A program made the position numbers and the translations under genes. From contig CAJFCJ010000002.1 in the NCBI GenBank assembly GCA_904063045.1, forward strand, positions 2,475,891 through 2,539,890: a DNA stretch of 64,000 nucleotides. The letters run 5' to 3'. This DNA comes from Dimorphilus gyrociliatus. Taxonomy: Eukaryota > Animalia > Annelida. Below, piece after piece: positions 1 through 14,829 of the stretch. Numbering within the stretch: the stretch's first letter is position 1; each line of letters opens with the position of its first letter. The notes below the pieces were generated by a model, which saw only the letters and a program-made list of their open reading frames with translations, was not told where the DNA came from and did not search any database.

Positions 1-1140
1 CTCTCTTTCTTTATCGCCCCCTCTCCTTCCATACCCCTTCTCGTCTCTCTCTCTCTCTCTCTATCTCTGTTTCTGTCGATTTACAAATGCAGATTTGGTG
101 AAAAAGTAAGAGTAAGAGGAAGAAAGAAGAGAGTACGGGAAAGAACGCTTTTTATTGTATAAATAGTTTATTTATACATTCATACAAACAACTGTCACGA
201 TCTGGCTTGTCAATTTTCTAGTTATATATAGCAGTTCTATTCGTAACTGAATACAACAGCAAATTGATATCTGATAAAGAGAGATATCGGAGGAAAAATT
301 CGATAAATTTATTGTCGTGTTATTGTTAGTTTCTGGCTTTACTAAACGCCCTGAAGGCTAATTAAACCCTCTTGTGAGTTCAGACACGAGAGTTTTCTCA
401 CAGTTTTGCCTAGAGCTTCGCCCCTTTTTCATTCCTCAACTAGTTTAATCTACAACTCATGTCGATAGACATTCTAAAGTGCCAACAGTTTCATTTTACT
501 CTTAGATAGGCAAATATAAAGAAAGACTAGGAGAATCAGTTGAGATGACGTCACGACAACTTAACGCTTTACATAACATTGGAAAGCTCTTCGTCTAAAC
601 TGATTCAATAATTGTTATGGAGTGGCAAACAAATTAGGCAGTAAAAATATAATAACGAAGATTGGGTTAAAGATATGAAAGAATCTCCTTCTCCTTCTTC
701 TCCTTAAAAAATTGAGTACTATAATTAGAATAAAGAATGAATTTTTCAATAGACTTGAACGTTTGAACGCATTCATCTATTAACTATAACTATTCTTCTC
801 TTTCCTATCCACTCTATCACTCTTTATCACTTTCGAAGTATAAATATACTTATATTATATATTATGAAATCCTATAATCATTATTATTATTGATATTAGT
901 AATATTTTGATTATTATTATTTTTACTAATCTCAATAACAACTCAGATTTAACGTTTATAAGTTCCACCAATAAGAATATTTACAAACTTAGACAGATTA
1001 TTTTTGCATAAATCTCCTACCAAAGCGACCTCTTCCGATAAATTTCAAATGAAAAACATCATTCCACCCTTCCCGAATAGGCTTGTTGCTACCGTTAGTT
1101 TTCTCTCTTTGATATATAGAGTATAACAAAATATACTCTT

Positions 1141-1152
1141 TAAATGGTAAGT
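1141..1152 (+). other. Candidate 5' splice donor of an upstream CCKR exon (ATG|GTAAGT, intron from 1147)
   Basis: Perfect GTAAGT donor upstream of the TTTCAG acceptor at 2548. Pairing of the two sites is an inference. Confidence 0.4.
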
Positions 1153-2410
1153 TTTTCTCTTAAATTACAAGGTAAAATAAATAAAAATTAATTAATAGAA
1201 ACAATAAAAAAATAAACAACAATAAAAAACAACAATAAAAATCAACAACTAATTCGTTAAAGTTTGTTAATTAATACAATTCCTGTATAATATTTGTTTT
1301 TTTAAAGAAACAAAACTTTTGATATCTCAACTTAAAATCTCCTTCTTCCTTGCTTGTCTGATTCTATATTTTCTTTATAGTAAAAAAGATAACAATTTGT
1401 TATAATTATAGAGTATTTTTATAATCTATTAATTAAAATGGCCAAATGTTAAATCGTTAATTTGATTTTTTTTATCAATAAAAAACTTTGAAATGCAATG
1501 TTGAAAATTAATCAACAGCTGACTTAATTCTCTTATTCTGTAAATATAATATTGTTCTAAAAATAAATACATATAAAAGTATGTGATTCTAATTATGGAC
1601 GTATTCGCCTACATACTACATATACTTTGTATACAGTAGATGGACAAAGTACATGTCTAACTCTATTAACTAGTTTTTTTATAAAGGCTAATCCTTATTC
1701 TGATTTGTTATACTGATTTTCCAGATTTTTAATTTATTTTGGAAACGGTGGGAGGACTGTAAATATGTTTGAGATGTGTAGATAATTTTTACTTTAAGAA
1801 TCTCACAATTCGGTGTTTGTACAGCTTCCCATTTGTAAAAAGTTTGCCACCCGTACACACGAAAAGAAGGCTTGGATAGGTTTTGGCATACAAAACAATA
1901 TTTTTTGTATAAGAACGTTTTATCCAGTTGTTTTTGTGCTATATAACATTTGGCTTACAAAAATCTTTACTTTATTTCGTATAAAATCCTTATTTTCTAT
2001 AGAATCCTATTATAAAACACATTACCATAAGAAGATAAATATGATGAGCAACGGAGAGAAATATTTTAACCATTTTATATCAATATATATTAATTTGTAT
2101 ATGCAATATTTTATTGCTTAATCCAAAGAGATATCAAATATAATAAGGGATTCGAGAACTACTAAACGTATAATTTATCATACGTTTGTTGATTGAATTT
2201 CCTTTTTTGCCTTTTGTTCAACTTCGATCTTTTTTCATCAGTGAATTTTTGTCTATTAATATTTCTTTTAGGGTTATCAATATACCTTTTCATTTTCAAC
2301 TGCTTATAATTTTTTGGCCTACTAATTCTAAATAGAACCATTTTCCATATAATTAATGAGAAGTATTGGATTAAAAAGAAGTGTAAAATCTGTAATATTT
2401 TTTAGATGAA

Positions 2411-2429
2411 GCCAATAAAAATGACGTCA
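2411..2429 (+). promoter_or_regulatory. CCAAT box plus full CRE (TGACGTCA) upstream of the CCKR coding exon
   Basis: GCCAAT at 2411-2416 and TGACGTCA at 2422-2429; a second CRE at 546-553. Motif match only. Confidence 0.35.
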
Positions 2430-2556
2430 CAGCTGCAACTAAAATTTATATTTCGTTCATCTTTGAAGTGAACTTTTATATTAATCGATTATTTTGTAAA
2501 TTTTGTTAAGGTTAAATAGGGTAGAATAATTTCCGATTTCTATTTCAGACGATGCC

Positions 2557-5500
2557 ATGAATGGAACTGAATCAAATTCCACCGGCCCAGCGGCACCCAG
2601 CGATTTAGCTGGAGAAGTTCGAATTCCTCTTTACTCTCTAATTTTCGTCTTATCTATCATAGGAAATTCACTTGTTATTGTCACATTAGTTCAAAATCAA
2701 CGAATGAGGACTGTCACCAACGTTTTCCTACTTAATCTGAGTGTTTCTGACCTACTTTTATCGGTCTTTTGCATGCCGTTTACTCTAGTTCCAACTCTAC
2801 TGAGGAACTATATATTCGGAGCAACAATGTGTGTATTGATCAGATATCTGTCAGGTTGGTATATAAGTATTCTAGTCACGGCTAATTCTAATTAATAGAC
2901 GCCTTTCCTAAGCGCTGTCTCTGATTAGAATCGGAAGTACTGTATATACTGTAACGAAAGGGACTAGACTTTGCTAATCTTTCCTTTTCTCAGCCTTATT
3001 GGTTATATTTCATCTAATAATTAGCTATATGATATAAAATGTTAGATTTTTGTTATATTTACAGTATAGAATATCTTTAATCTAACATTTTTGAGGAATT
3101 TCTTATAGCAAACTATAGCAAAAGTGTTGAAAAGAGAAAAGATTCCCAGCTGTGCAAGTTTTGATATTGTAACAATATTTTCTTGCTCTCATCCCTTTTT
3201 CCTCCTTAATGGTAAATTCATTGCTCAAGTGACATTTAGTCGTCAAACTAGTTCGATTTCGCTAATAAACAAGACGCGCTTCGAGGTAAATGTTATGTAA
3301 ATCATTACATACGTTTTTTAGCTGTGTTGCATTACGGCTACGCCAGGGATCGCATATATATATATACTTTCATTTAATGTATAAAATATTATTACGGAGA
3401 GAGAATATAAAAATCAGTTGAACTCTCAAGAGAATTACACTTGAATGTACTCTGATCGTGCACTAAGATCATTTTAATTTCTCTAAGCGATTTATAACCC
3501 CTTAAGATATATATTACAAATTAATTAAGTTAATGATCAGAGAGAAGATAAAAAAAATTAACTTATAGATACTTAGAAATTGTTTCTCATCAAAAAAATC
3601 AAACAACAAACTAAAAACTATAATAAAAAACAAACAAAAAATGGAACTAGATATAACCTAAAGAAACTTATGCATATGCAATTAGTGATCATAATATTTA
3701 CAGATAGGAAAAGGAAGGAAGATAGGAATAGGGTTGATATTTTTATTTTACAAATACCCTAATCAAAATTTATTAACTATTTACATTAATTTGTTTTTTT
3801 ATTACTACTCAAGAAAATACTTCTTACTATCGAAATATTTGCATAAGAAAATCAATAAATAGTCATATGTTTTCTTTTTTTTTTTTATTAGCAATGTGAT
3901 ACATTGTAGAATTTATTTTAACCTTAATAATTCGATTTCAAAAAATCATACATACTTTATGAAATTTCTCATTCTATCTATCTATCGATCTATCTATCTA
4001 TCTGTCTGTCTCTCTCCTCTCTTTCTCTCTCTGTCTCTGTCTTTCCTTTTTATAACATTCCATCAGTGACTGTATCTGCTTCTCTTTCTATTATTTAATA
4101 CATATTCCACTATTAACTTAATTAAAGGTTATTCTATTTTTTAACTTTTCTGCATTAATATCCATCATATCGTTGTTCTGCTGTGTGAACTGTTATAAAA
4201 AATGAGCCATTTTTATTAAGTTCTTCTATTTACTCGAAGAAAGTACTTCTTTATCTGGAGGCAAAAAATAAAAGAATGGGGGCGGTGGTGAAAAGCAGAT
4301 AGCAATCATTTTATCATAGAAAATGTTCGATTTGTAATCTAAATAAGGTAAAATTTAACGAAACCTAGCCAATAACTCATATGCTATATAATCCTGCCCG
4401 CTAACTAAGATATTCATGAATTCAGAGTTTGTCTTAGTACGTTTAATATATACTTTGTTCCTCAAGCATTATATGCACGATTTATCATTTAGTGGAACAT
4501 TAGTTTTACCACCCTGCCTCTTCCTTTCCTTCTCGAATAATAACATTGGTTGTGGAGAATATAATTTAAATGATAATTATAGTTTTAAAAGAAATTACTA
4601 TAAGTTATTGTAAAGACCTATAATGACTAATTTCTTTAACAAAACGCCATATTGTTAAAGCATTCTAAAAATTGTATTTCCATTTGTTAATGAGTGCAAT
4701 AATATTAAGAAAGAAATTTGCCTTCTCCTACTTTGCACTGTGTTACTTTTAGATAAAACCACAAAATGTCAAATTAGATAAATAAACAAAATAGGAAATA
4801 TCAATGAATGATTAGGGTAATTATGTTGAAGAGAAGTAAAAAGAAATACAGGAAAAAGGGAGTAAACGGAAGAGAGAGGGAGGGAGAGAGAGAGAGAGAA
4901 AAAGAAAGGAGAGTTTAAAGGTTTTTTTCTGCGATTCGTAAGAGAAAATGCCGACGTACAACGAATAAAGAGTTTAAAGGAAAAAGGGGGAAGCCTTAAT
5001 GGAACCAGAGCATTGTAGTCTGTATACGTGTCACAGTAAGGAGTATAAAACGGAAACGTTCTGACACCTTCTGGAAATAAATTCACTCGGAATTATCAAA
5101 GCCAATTTTTTCAGTAAATGATTCCACAAGTACCTTGCAAATTATCATCGTTTCCCATTTGTTTTCAAGCTAAATGTTGTTTGTTTTTATCCATGTTGCC
5201 GGTCATATTGTATCTGAAAACTAGGCCTAAAAGGCCTTTTAGTCTATAACTTTCCATTCAAACCATTTGGCTATGGAATAGGGGTGGGGAGAGGGAGAAA
5301 ACTAAGTAGAGTAGTGTATTTAGGGCAGATAAAACTATTCTGGTACCGACGTCTTTTAGCATTTAAGCGATCAATCAAAATTCTATCTGTCTAGTTAGCG
5401 AGAGATTTTCACTCCTATACGTTTCATGGATAATCTTATATCTAGCATGGAACAGACGTCTTTTCAATTCCCCTTTTTTCGTTTATTTATTTGTATATAT

Positions 5501-8448
5501 ATATATATACTGTATATAATATATATATCTATATATATGCGTTGGAGAAATTCATTGCAAATATTGTTGAATTATCATCGCAAGAGCGTCACTGACCTAT
5601 TCTTTGTGTAAAAACCCTATAAATTAAACTTATTAACCCTTAGAATTTACCTACCAGAATATATCTACTTATGAAAAAAGTTTTTTTTTCATTATATTAA
5701 ACAGCCGTCTCCGTCTCCGTTTCCGTTCTGACACTTGTTGCTATATCATTGGAACGCTACTTTGCTATCTGCGATCCTCTTCGTTCCCGTTCATGGCAAA
5801 CCCTCAAACATGCTTATAAGATGATAGCCGTTGTATGGATAATTTCTTTTACGATTATGATACCAATAGCAGTTATTACAAAACTTATGTCATTGGGAAA
5901 CAATAAATACAAGTGCCAAGAAGTTTGGGGAGACTATATAACTGAAGAAAAGGTGTATACTATTTTCCTTGATCTCGCTCTTCTTATCGTCCCTCTGATT
6001 CTCATGTTTGTCGCTTATGGACTTATCTCCAGAACTCTATGGAGAGGTATGCAAGTAGAGATTCGGTCTGCTCAAGGTAAGTGTCTCTTTCTACACTATA
6101 ATAGTCATTGACCCTTCTTTTTTTTTGTCCTCAACCCCTGTCATGATATTATCTAGTTAGAATAGGAAAAATTTGATTTAAATACCACTAACTGTCATTT
6201 GGAAATTTTCCATTGCAATTAAGCAGAATGTAATCATATCTTTCTATCTATACATAAAATAAATAAAAGTACAATATACACATATACTGTACACTATTTA
6301 AATATGTAAAATGAAATAAAAGTCCTATAAACAACAACAGGAGTAAAATATCTACTTTACCTCTTTAACAAACCTTTCTTGTTTTCCTTAGCAAAAATTA
6401 ATCCAGGCATAAAGTATAAAAAAAAAGATTGCACTTTACAACCAAACTCTAGATATTTTAGTAGTGACGTACTCAGCCAGAGCTTATGTAGAGTAAACTG
6501 CAATTCGGTCTATGAAGTAGCACTCGATGTTATTTTAAATAAGAAAAAAGGTAACCAGAAAAAAAATTATAAAGAACACAATAGAAGATTAAACAGAGGA
6601 AAAAGTGAATGTTACGTTTTATAATCCATGTATATATATATATATATATATATTCTCATATAAAATATATATGAGTTGGAATATTTAGATAATTGTAACA
6701 AAAGATATATGATAGGCTCCTTTTCATAACGATTATGATAATTAAATTCCTATTTTCTGCAAATAAATACGAAAGATTAGAACTCTTATTTAAAATGTTT
6801 TTTAAAGATCATCTGATGATGTATTGTGATTTGGCTATTTGATATAGTTATGGTAGACTATCGGTATTGGGAATAGTACAATCGCTATCGGTAATACATC
6901 AAAAAACTATGATTAAACGTCAGATGCTCTGAGCATCTTCCTCGAATGTCTTTATTAGAAATGAAAAAAAAAACAAAATTATCTCTTGATATGAGATTAA
7001 AAGAAGAAGAGCTCAGGGACAGAGGATTTAATAAAAAAAATAAGGGCAAAATATGGTCTTTAAACAAAGATGATATTAAATAGTCACGATTTTCCTACTT
7101 TTATAGCTAGATATAATTTTAATCAATAGTTATACCATAGACATTATGTATATAAAATGAACTAGAGACTAAAATTCTTAGCTAATAAGATGAATAGACA
7201 AAAAACAATAATAATTAACCAAATAGCTAATTTCTAATATAAGAGTAAAGAAGAAAGCGTTGAATTAGAAAGAATATATTAATTTATATTAAAGTTATTG
7301 GACATATATTCTTTATAAACAGAGAGGAAGCTTTTCGCTTCACATAACTATAATTTTTTTTGACTCTATTTTTACTCCTCGATTCTGACGGATAAATGAT
7401 CTATGCAATTGCAGGTTTTAAGGATTGTATGTATCATTAAGTGCCATTTCGATACCTAAAATTTCTAGTCTTAATAGTCACTTTGAATGATCTCGCTTGG
7501 CTATTCATCAAGTTTAATTGGAAAGATCAAAATGACACCTTTTATACCATAGCGGGAATAGGTAAATTATCTGTCATTAAAAATATTAATCTATAATAAT
7601 TTACCCTGAATATCTTATATATACTAATATATATATACTGTATATACTGTATACTTTATATGTATTTAAATAACATATAGACTATATAAACAAAATACCA
7701 TAGATTATGAATCAGTGACGTAGTAAAAATTTATACAAAAAGCATCTGCGCTTTTTCAACCCTAAAAGGGAAAGTAGAAAATAGACTTATTATTAGTTTT
7801 ATATATTGCGAAATAACCTAATTTCTACGTGTTAGGCGTTCTAATGTATATATATACTAATATATACTATATATATATATATAAGTCTATATACAAATTA
7901 CAATATATGAAATACAATACCCCTGTGTAAATAATTTTTTTACATTTACCTTCAAGTTTTATATGTTTAAGTAACGTGAAGTATACTATATAATGTAAAT
8001 AATACGAGACATTTGCAAGTATCCATTCAGGCATATTGTTAGCTAACTTTACTTGATAATTAAGCACACATCACAGGGGATTCCTTTCACAGTCTTTAAG
8101 AACATAAGCAACATGGCATGATTTAATAGTCATAAATACTATAATATTCTTCAATAGTTTTTTCAATGGACATTCTTTCTCATTGTATTGTGATTTGCGT
8201 GAAAAAATCATACTAAAAAATTAACTATATAACTAAAATTTACTGAAAGGGAAATCTGATCTTGTTTCAAAATTTATTAAATTATTCATTTATGACTCTT
8301 AATACGACTTTTTTCTCTTTCCTTTACCCTTTCATGTAAACTCCTTTTTTTCTTTATCTTTTCCCTTTCATTCAATTCCTATTATTCAGTATTTAATAAA
8401 TGAAATAGTATGTTTTCGAAATAGCATTATTAATTTTTCTTTTCTCTC

Positions 8449-8490
<42 letters not shown>

Positions 8491-10648
8491 TTTTCTTAAT
8501 AGCTTATTTTTAAGCCCTCTGAAAAAGCAAATAATTTAGAGTTCTCTTTTTGCATATTATTGATTTGTTAAAAATTTTACACTTTTTCTTTCTATTCCCT
8601 TTTACTCTTCCATCCTTCTTCTTTTCTTAGTAATAATATTCGATAAATCAGTTCTTTTGGATATCAATTACTTAAAAGTTTACACTCAGAGCTTTTCATT
8701 CGTATATACTTTTATAATACCATGAAAATGAGGTATTTAATTAAATTAATCAGCGCATATCGGCTTTTTACTGGTTTGACTGTTTGGTGGATTTGTTGTA
8801 AATGAATTGAATTTGATGAAACGAAGTAGATTGCTAAACTTTTCTTCTTTTATATTGGTCTGTATCTCTCAATAGTCTGATTTTCTAAATATATAGTATA
8901 GTACAATTTAATGAAATGGTAAAAGAAAACAGATTTTTGAAGTATTAATAAACAAAGCAAAGCGATATTATTTTTGGATAAAATAATAAAGAAAATACAA
9001 TGGAAGTAAGGAAAAACTGGTAAGAAAGAGAAGCGAATAAATAATACACTGATTGATTCATCAGAAATGTTTGTATAATCGATATATTAAGATTATGTCA
9101 CGTTTTTTTTTCTTTCGTAAAATATTCATTCATTTAATTGGGTAAAAACGTGATGCAACAGATAAAATTATACAAAATCATCAATTTTTAAAAAACGTTT
9201 TTTCTCTTCTTTCCTCTTCTTGTTCATTATTAGCAACAAATTTGGTTGATGACAGTTGTTCGGTTTTCTATCTCCTTACTAGTTCCTTCGTTTTCTTTAA
9301 AGGATTTCTTACTTTCTAATTTAATCTAAGAGATTCTCATCTGAATCTAATATAACTGAGTAATTCATCAATTAATTTACAAACAAGGGTTAAGCGAAAT
9401 CTAAAGAAATTACATAGAATTAGGTTATAGTGTAAGGCAATATAAGAGATAAAAAATAATCCTTTTTTCCCATAACAAACTAAGAAATACGGCAAAATAG
9501 ACAAAAAGGGAAACACTTGAAAGAGAATTCGTTTATTTTAAGTATGTATATTTTTTTTTCAGAAATGAGGGAATTAAAGCAAATGTCAGCTGATGAAATG
9601 GAAGTAGAAACGAATACTCCATCCATACCGTCGTCAAATTCCTGGAAAATGCAGGCTGTTCGACAGACGAACGCCGAACGTTCATTAGCAGCTAAGAAGA
9701 GAGTAATAAAAATGCTATTTGTTGTAATTCTCGAATTTTTTATATGCTGGACTCCTGTTTATGTAATTATGACTTGGAATGTTCTTGATAGAGCAACTGC
9801 CAGAAAGTCAGTTTCTCCAATGACCATGAATCTTCTTCATCTCCTGTCATATTGTTCCGCCTGCTGTAATCCTATAACATACTGCTTTATGAACAAAAAG
9901 TTCAGACAAGGTTCAAAAACTTTACAATCTTATCACAGATTCTTTTTATAAAGATAATTTAGCCATGAATTCTACTTAAATAGGGGAATATCTATTAGAA
10001 AAAGTAAATTTTTATTAATTATAACCGCCTATCAAGAAATATGCCTGCTTAAGCAAATTAACATATACAAATCCTTTCAGTTCTTGTCTTGTCAGATACT
10101 TGAAATTCAAGATAATATCTATAATATTATTTATCGTCTCAAGATTACAAATAATTGATTGCGTCTAATAGTTAATTTTAGTAAAGAGATTTGCCATTTT
10201 ATCAAAAATTTACACTGATTAATTGACAAATAGTTTTCGTTAAAATTAAATATTTCATTATCAGTAAGATAAAATATTATCAGTGAAATTCTTAGATTCC
10301 AGAAAGGTTATTATGAGTATTTGTAATTGTTTAAATTGTTTTTTTTTCATCCTTTATTATTCTAAAGGTTAATAACAGGAAATCAATCTATTCTAAGAAT
10401 TAATAGAAAATTATTTCTTTGTTATATATATATATAATAATAGATTTTTCTAATCTGTTTTTTAAGTCTGTAAAGTTTTTGTTAAAGGTTTCGTACTAGC
10501 GTTCAAATGCTGGAAGAAACAGGAAGTATATAAATGGCGACGGGCAAGTGATTTCATGTCTAATGGACGAACAGGTAATTTAACTCATACAAAATTCAAA
10601 TTAAAACCGTTCAAAGAATTCGACCAACCTCCGATCGATGGCGACTAG
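2557..10648 (+). CDS. CCKR: Cholecystokinin/gastrin/sulfakinin-type receptor (rhodopsin-class GPCR), about 392 aa; coding exons 2557-2854, 5705-6076, 9563-9910, 10488-10648
   Basis: Exons join in phase through GT-AG introns (1179 nt). Family motifs: QNQRMRTVTNVFLLNLSVSD, FCMPFTL, AVSVSVSVLTLVAISLERYFAICDPLRSRSWQT, AKKRVIKML, CWTP, CCNPITYCFMNKKFRQGF. N-terminal N-glycosylation sequons NGT and NST. An acceptor at 2548 implies an unresolved upstream exon. Confidence 0.93.
8452..8486. repeat. (CT)n microsatellite in CCKR intron
   Basis: Directly visible dinucleotide run. Confidence 0.95.
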
Positions 10649-11120
10649 AATCCTCTATAATCTGCATTTAGATCCATAATTCTGTGTTTTTTTCAATATC
10701 CCTACGTGGCTGAATAACTGCAGAGAGCACCTTTTTTTTATATAATACAAATCTATATAGATCTATATTTCGTGTTCTGCACGCATGTCTCCATGAAAAA
10801 AGGAACGTTAAGAGAGTGAAAAATGTGTTCTACCATCATTGTCTTAAAACTGATAAAAAAAAACAACTTTTATTGATAATATACGCCTCTTTTTTTTATA
10901 ATAAAATTTTCTAATGATTCTTCAAATTTCGCATATAGCATGTACTTCAATAAGAAGTCAAACGATTCCGGGGATCGAGATCACTAATCTGGGTTGAAAG
11001 AGCAGAGAACAAAAAAAAATGAAGAAACTTTTTCCACCCCCTCCCTCCCTTTCTCCATTAGTGTCGTTTCAATCGTTTGTGCTTAATTCATTAGTGGATA
11101 AGACATTTACTCAAAGAGTA

Positions 11121-11130
11121 GCGCCATCTA
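11121..11130 (-). promoter_or_regulatory. CTCF-like motif
   Basis: Reverse strand CCTTAGATGGCGCTA; motif match only. Confidence 0.45.
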
Positions 11131-11765
11131 AGGCGAGAAAAATCGTCACATTCCTCTAGACTGTCAAAAACACAAATTAGAATCGTTATATACTTTTTAT
11201 TGTTGAATGTATTGAATTTTAAAAATTGACACAATTTTTCAATTTTTTATCACAAAGTTCCAAAAACAACACAGAGACTTTATTTAAAGGACAAATAGAG
11301 TCTTTTTGAAGAAGAATTAATTAATTAAATTAATGAGATGCAAATTATTTCACGGTATTGTGCACTACGACTTTAAAAAACATTCAAAGGCAAAGGGGTA
11401 TATGTACCCATTCATTTTTTTAAAATTAGTATTCATCTGCCATAATATTTCAGACGACTGAGTGAAAATGTGCAGACCCATGAATTAATGCCTATATTCT
11501 TCTTCATATTCTCTTTTGTCACGTTCCACTTTTTTTGTTGTAAACTTTTGAATTCTAAAGCAACACTTGATTATAAAAAGAAAAGAAAAGAAAAATTAAC
11601 AAATACAGAGCTTATTTTCTGACTATACTTTAAAAAACAATTACTTATTTCCATATTGATAGTTTTGAAATCATACTATTGTTTAGTTTTCTACATTTTT
11701 GTTTATTCTCTCTTCTTTTTTTTGTTTTGTATTTTCATTAGTCTATGAATAATAATTATCTTAAT

Positions 11766-11786
11766 ACAACAACAACAACAACAACA
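11766..11786. repeat. (ACA)7 microsatellite
   Basis: Directly visible trinucleotide run. Confidence 0.9.
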
Positions 11787-11823
11787 GGCAAAGAAGAGAG
11801 AAAAGGTGTAAAGTAAATTAAAA

Positions 11824-11854
<31 letters not shown>

Positions 11855-13730
11855 AAATTTCTCTCTTTTGAAAAATAATTCAATACATTAGCTAATAAGA
11901 ATATTTATAGTATGATATGACATTATAATTATATGTTTATAAGAATCCTATATTATTTAGTTAATATTCTAAACTGAAATATTCCTTAGTGTCTATTTAT
12001 AAGAGCCTATACAGTCCTTTCATTTTTTTCCTTCTCCTTCTTCTTCTTTTCTTCTTTTTCTTCATTTTAAAATGCTTTACTGAATATCTAAAGACATTTT
12101 GTAGTGAGAGAAGTCTGAGGAAATTGAATAATTTCGCATGTTAGGCTTCTTAGGCAGTTTGCAGTTTGTATTGTATAAAGAAAGATTAAGATAGCTAGTA
12201 AAATGGTAGTCTAAGAAAGAAGTCGATTTTTTTTATTAAATTGTTTCTTTTAAGTGTATCCTTTCTTATTAACATCTTCAAAGAAAATAGTACACCGGCA
12301 GTCGTTTTATGAAAGTATAAACTTTCTAAGGAATAGATAACTGATGGAAGATAAAGGAGAAATTTTCTAGCTAATAAACCAGATATTTCTTTATATCATA
12401 CACCTATTGATTTCCACTTCTCAAAATTTTTCCTCGTCTTGTAAAAGGAATCTCGTTATATAGTTCTTTTCGAGCATTTGGCACGCGGCTAAGCTAAATA
12501 TAAATACGGTATAACTTTGTGGATACACAAATGTATGTTCATTATTTATAATTGAAAGAGCTCGTCTAAACTACGACTTTTTCCAAATCAATTCTTGTCA
12601 ATGTTCTTTATGAACTTAAAAAGCCTGCAAGAGTCTCTTTTCAAAGAAAGAGATGATACTTTATGAATTAGTACATTAACTATTTATATATTTATGATAG
12701 AATGAGTAAGTCTAAAAGTGTTTAAGAATGTTTCTTGCTTCTCTCATTACATATGTTTACCTTTTAAAAAAGAGATGCAAGTTTGTCGGTAACCTTATAT
12801 ATTTAATCTTCCATATCTTCATAAATCTGATATGCAGATCGCATAAATAGTCTACCATTTCGAAATCTCACAAATATTTCGAAAGGAACAGGTTCGTATC
12901 CTTTCTTATCTGTACCTTCCCATTTCTATTTAACTTATACTCTCATTCAAACTCTACACCTTTGCACCTTATACCTTTCTACATAACCAACATCACTCCT
13001 TCAAGACTTTAGTAATAAACTAGTTTTTATAATTAAATAGATTAAAGGCGCGTAAACATATTGACGATGAAAACGAGTAAAGTATACAATGTAGGCTTAA
13101 CAAATATACACAAGGAAAACATCCCAGTCTTGCAGTTGTTTAAAAAACATATGCCTCTTATCAATTAATTTGTTTATTTTAACATATAACAATTCGTTAT
13201 ACGCTTTTAAATCAAACTGCGAAATGATAAAAGAGATATTTAAAAGATTAATAAAAAAACTAATCTAAATTAATTTTTCTCATATCATTTTATTACACTT
13301 CTATATAATATCTTTTATCCTGTCGGTTTTTTTTCTTTATCTTGTTCGATTTCTTTATTTTTATCAATCTTTTTTTTTCAAATAGAAGTTATCGCTATTT
13401 TATTATTTGACTAATAGATAAAATAAAAATAGTAACATCACGGATAATTCCTATTTTATATTCCTTCTCTATTTAGAAGTAAAATGTTACTTTTTTTTAT
13501 CCTTATCTTTATTATTTATAGATAGTGTGATTTTTTTATTATATAATTTGTTAAGATACGTGTTTTTTTTTTTAATTAGGTATCGAACAAAAAAAAAGAA
13601 TCTATTTGTTTTTGCTGTGTTTTTTATTCAATTTTATTTTTGGTCAAACCTTTGAATTGTTATAAAATAGGATATGTTAATATGCCTATGTACTGTTTAC
13701 TGTGAATTTTGATGAGAGTTTATTGGAAAT

Positions 13731-13757
13731 ATGGAAAATATGGAAAATATGGAAAAG
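13731..13757. repeat. Three tandem ATGGAAAAT-type 9-mers followed by a poly-G run
   Basis: ATGGAAAAT ATGGAAAAT ATGGAAAA; G run at about 13771-13781. Confidence 0.85.
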
Positions 13758-13804
13758 GAAGATAAGAGAAGGGGGGGGGGGAGAAGGGGCAAATGTGGAT
13801 ATGA

Positions 13805-13814
13805 GCGCCATCTA
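13805..13814 (-). promoter_or_regulatory. CTCF-like motif
   Basis: Reverse strand TAATAGATGGCGCTC; motif match only. Confidence 0.45.
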
Positions 13815-13901
13815 TTAGCGTATTAATCCTCTTTTGGATCGTTATCTTTATAAAGAAATGCAGTTTAATCCCATACAGAAGCTTATTGCTAAAATACATC
13901 C

Positions 13902-13939
<38 letters not shown>

Positions 13940-14793
13940 GAGAGCATGCTATGCTTACATTTAGCGTTTTTATTATTTTATTATATGTTTGTCCACGTCA
14001 CTCATTAGCAGTCTCATCATCAATTGATGAATTAATTTATTCATTAAGCCATTAAATCAAAAATGTATTTCTTTTATAAACATTTTTTGTTGTTTAGGTT
14101 TGAGAAATATGTACATTTATCATGATTTATCAACTAAACTCTTTTCATAGCATTAATAATCAATGAGTCTACTGGAAAAAACATGGAAAAACTCATCGAG
14201 ACAGAAGCTTGTTCTTCTTTTTTAGAGACACTTTAAGGTCACATACTGTCTATTCTAAGCGAAAAAATACTTCCAAAGGTTGCTGGTACTTTATACAGCT
14301 GATAAATTAGATATAAAAATTATTGGTTTTTGGCTTAAACATATAAAATAACTGTTCGACACTTAAATCTCTAACTATTTACTTAGGCTTCTATTTCCGT
14401 GACAATAATAATAGAAAAGATAAAATTGCCAAACTAAGAAATACTCAACTACGGCAGCGAACAGATCAATGATATATTTTTATGGCAAAAAAAAAAAGAG
14501 CTTTTGATCAGTTCCATTCTCTATATTGTTTCAGTAACAGACAATAAAAACAGTTATAAGCACCTCATGTAATATTTATTACTAATTATCTTAGTTTTTT
14601 ATTAGTCATAATTTATTATAATAAAAAAAGAGAGAGAAGAATAACGCCTTAGGTGATTTTTTTATGTTAACTATGAAAATCTATTTAGCACTGGATATTT
14701 TTTTTAGTCTCAATAAAGAACTAGGATTATTGCTATTACTCCTTTCTCCCTCTCTCTCTCTCTCACACACGCTCTTTCTCTTTCTCTTTGTGT

Positions 14794-14829
<36 letters not shown>

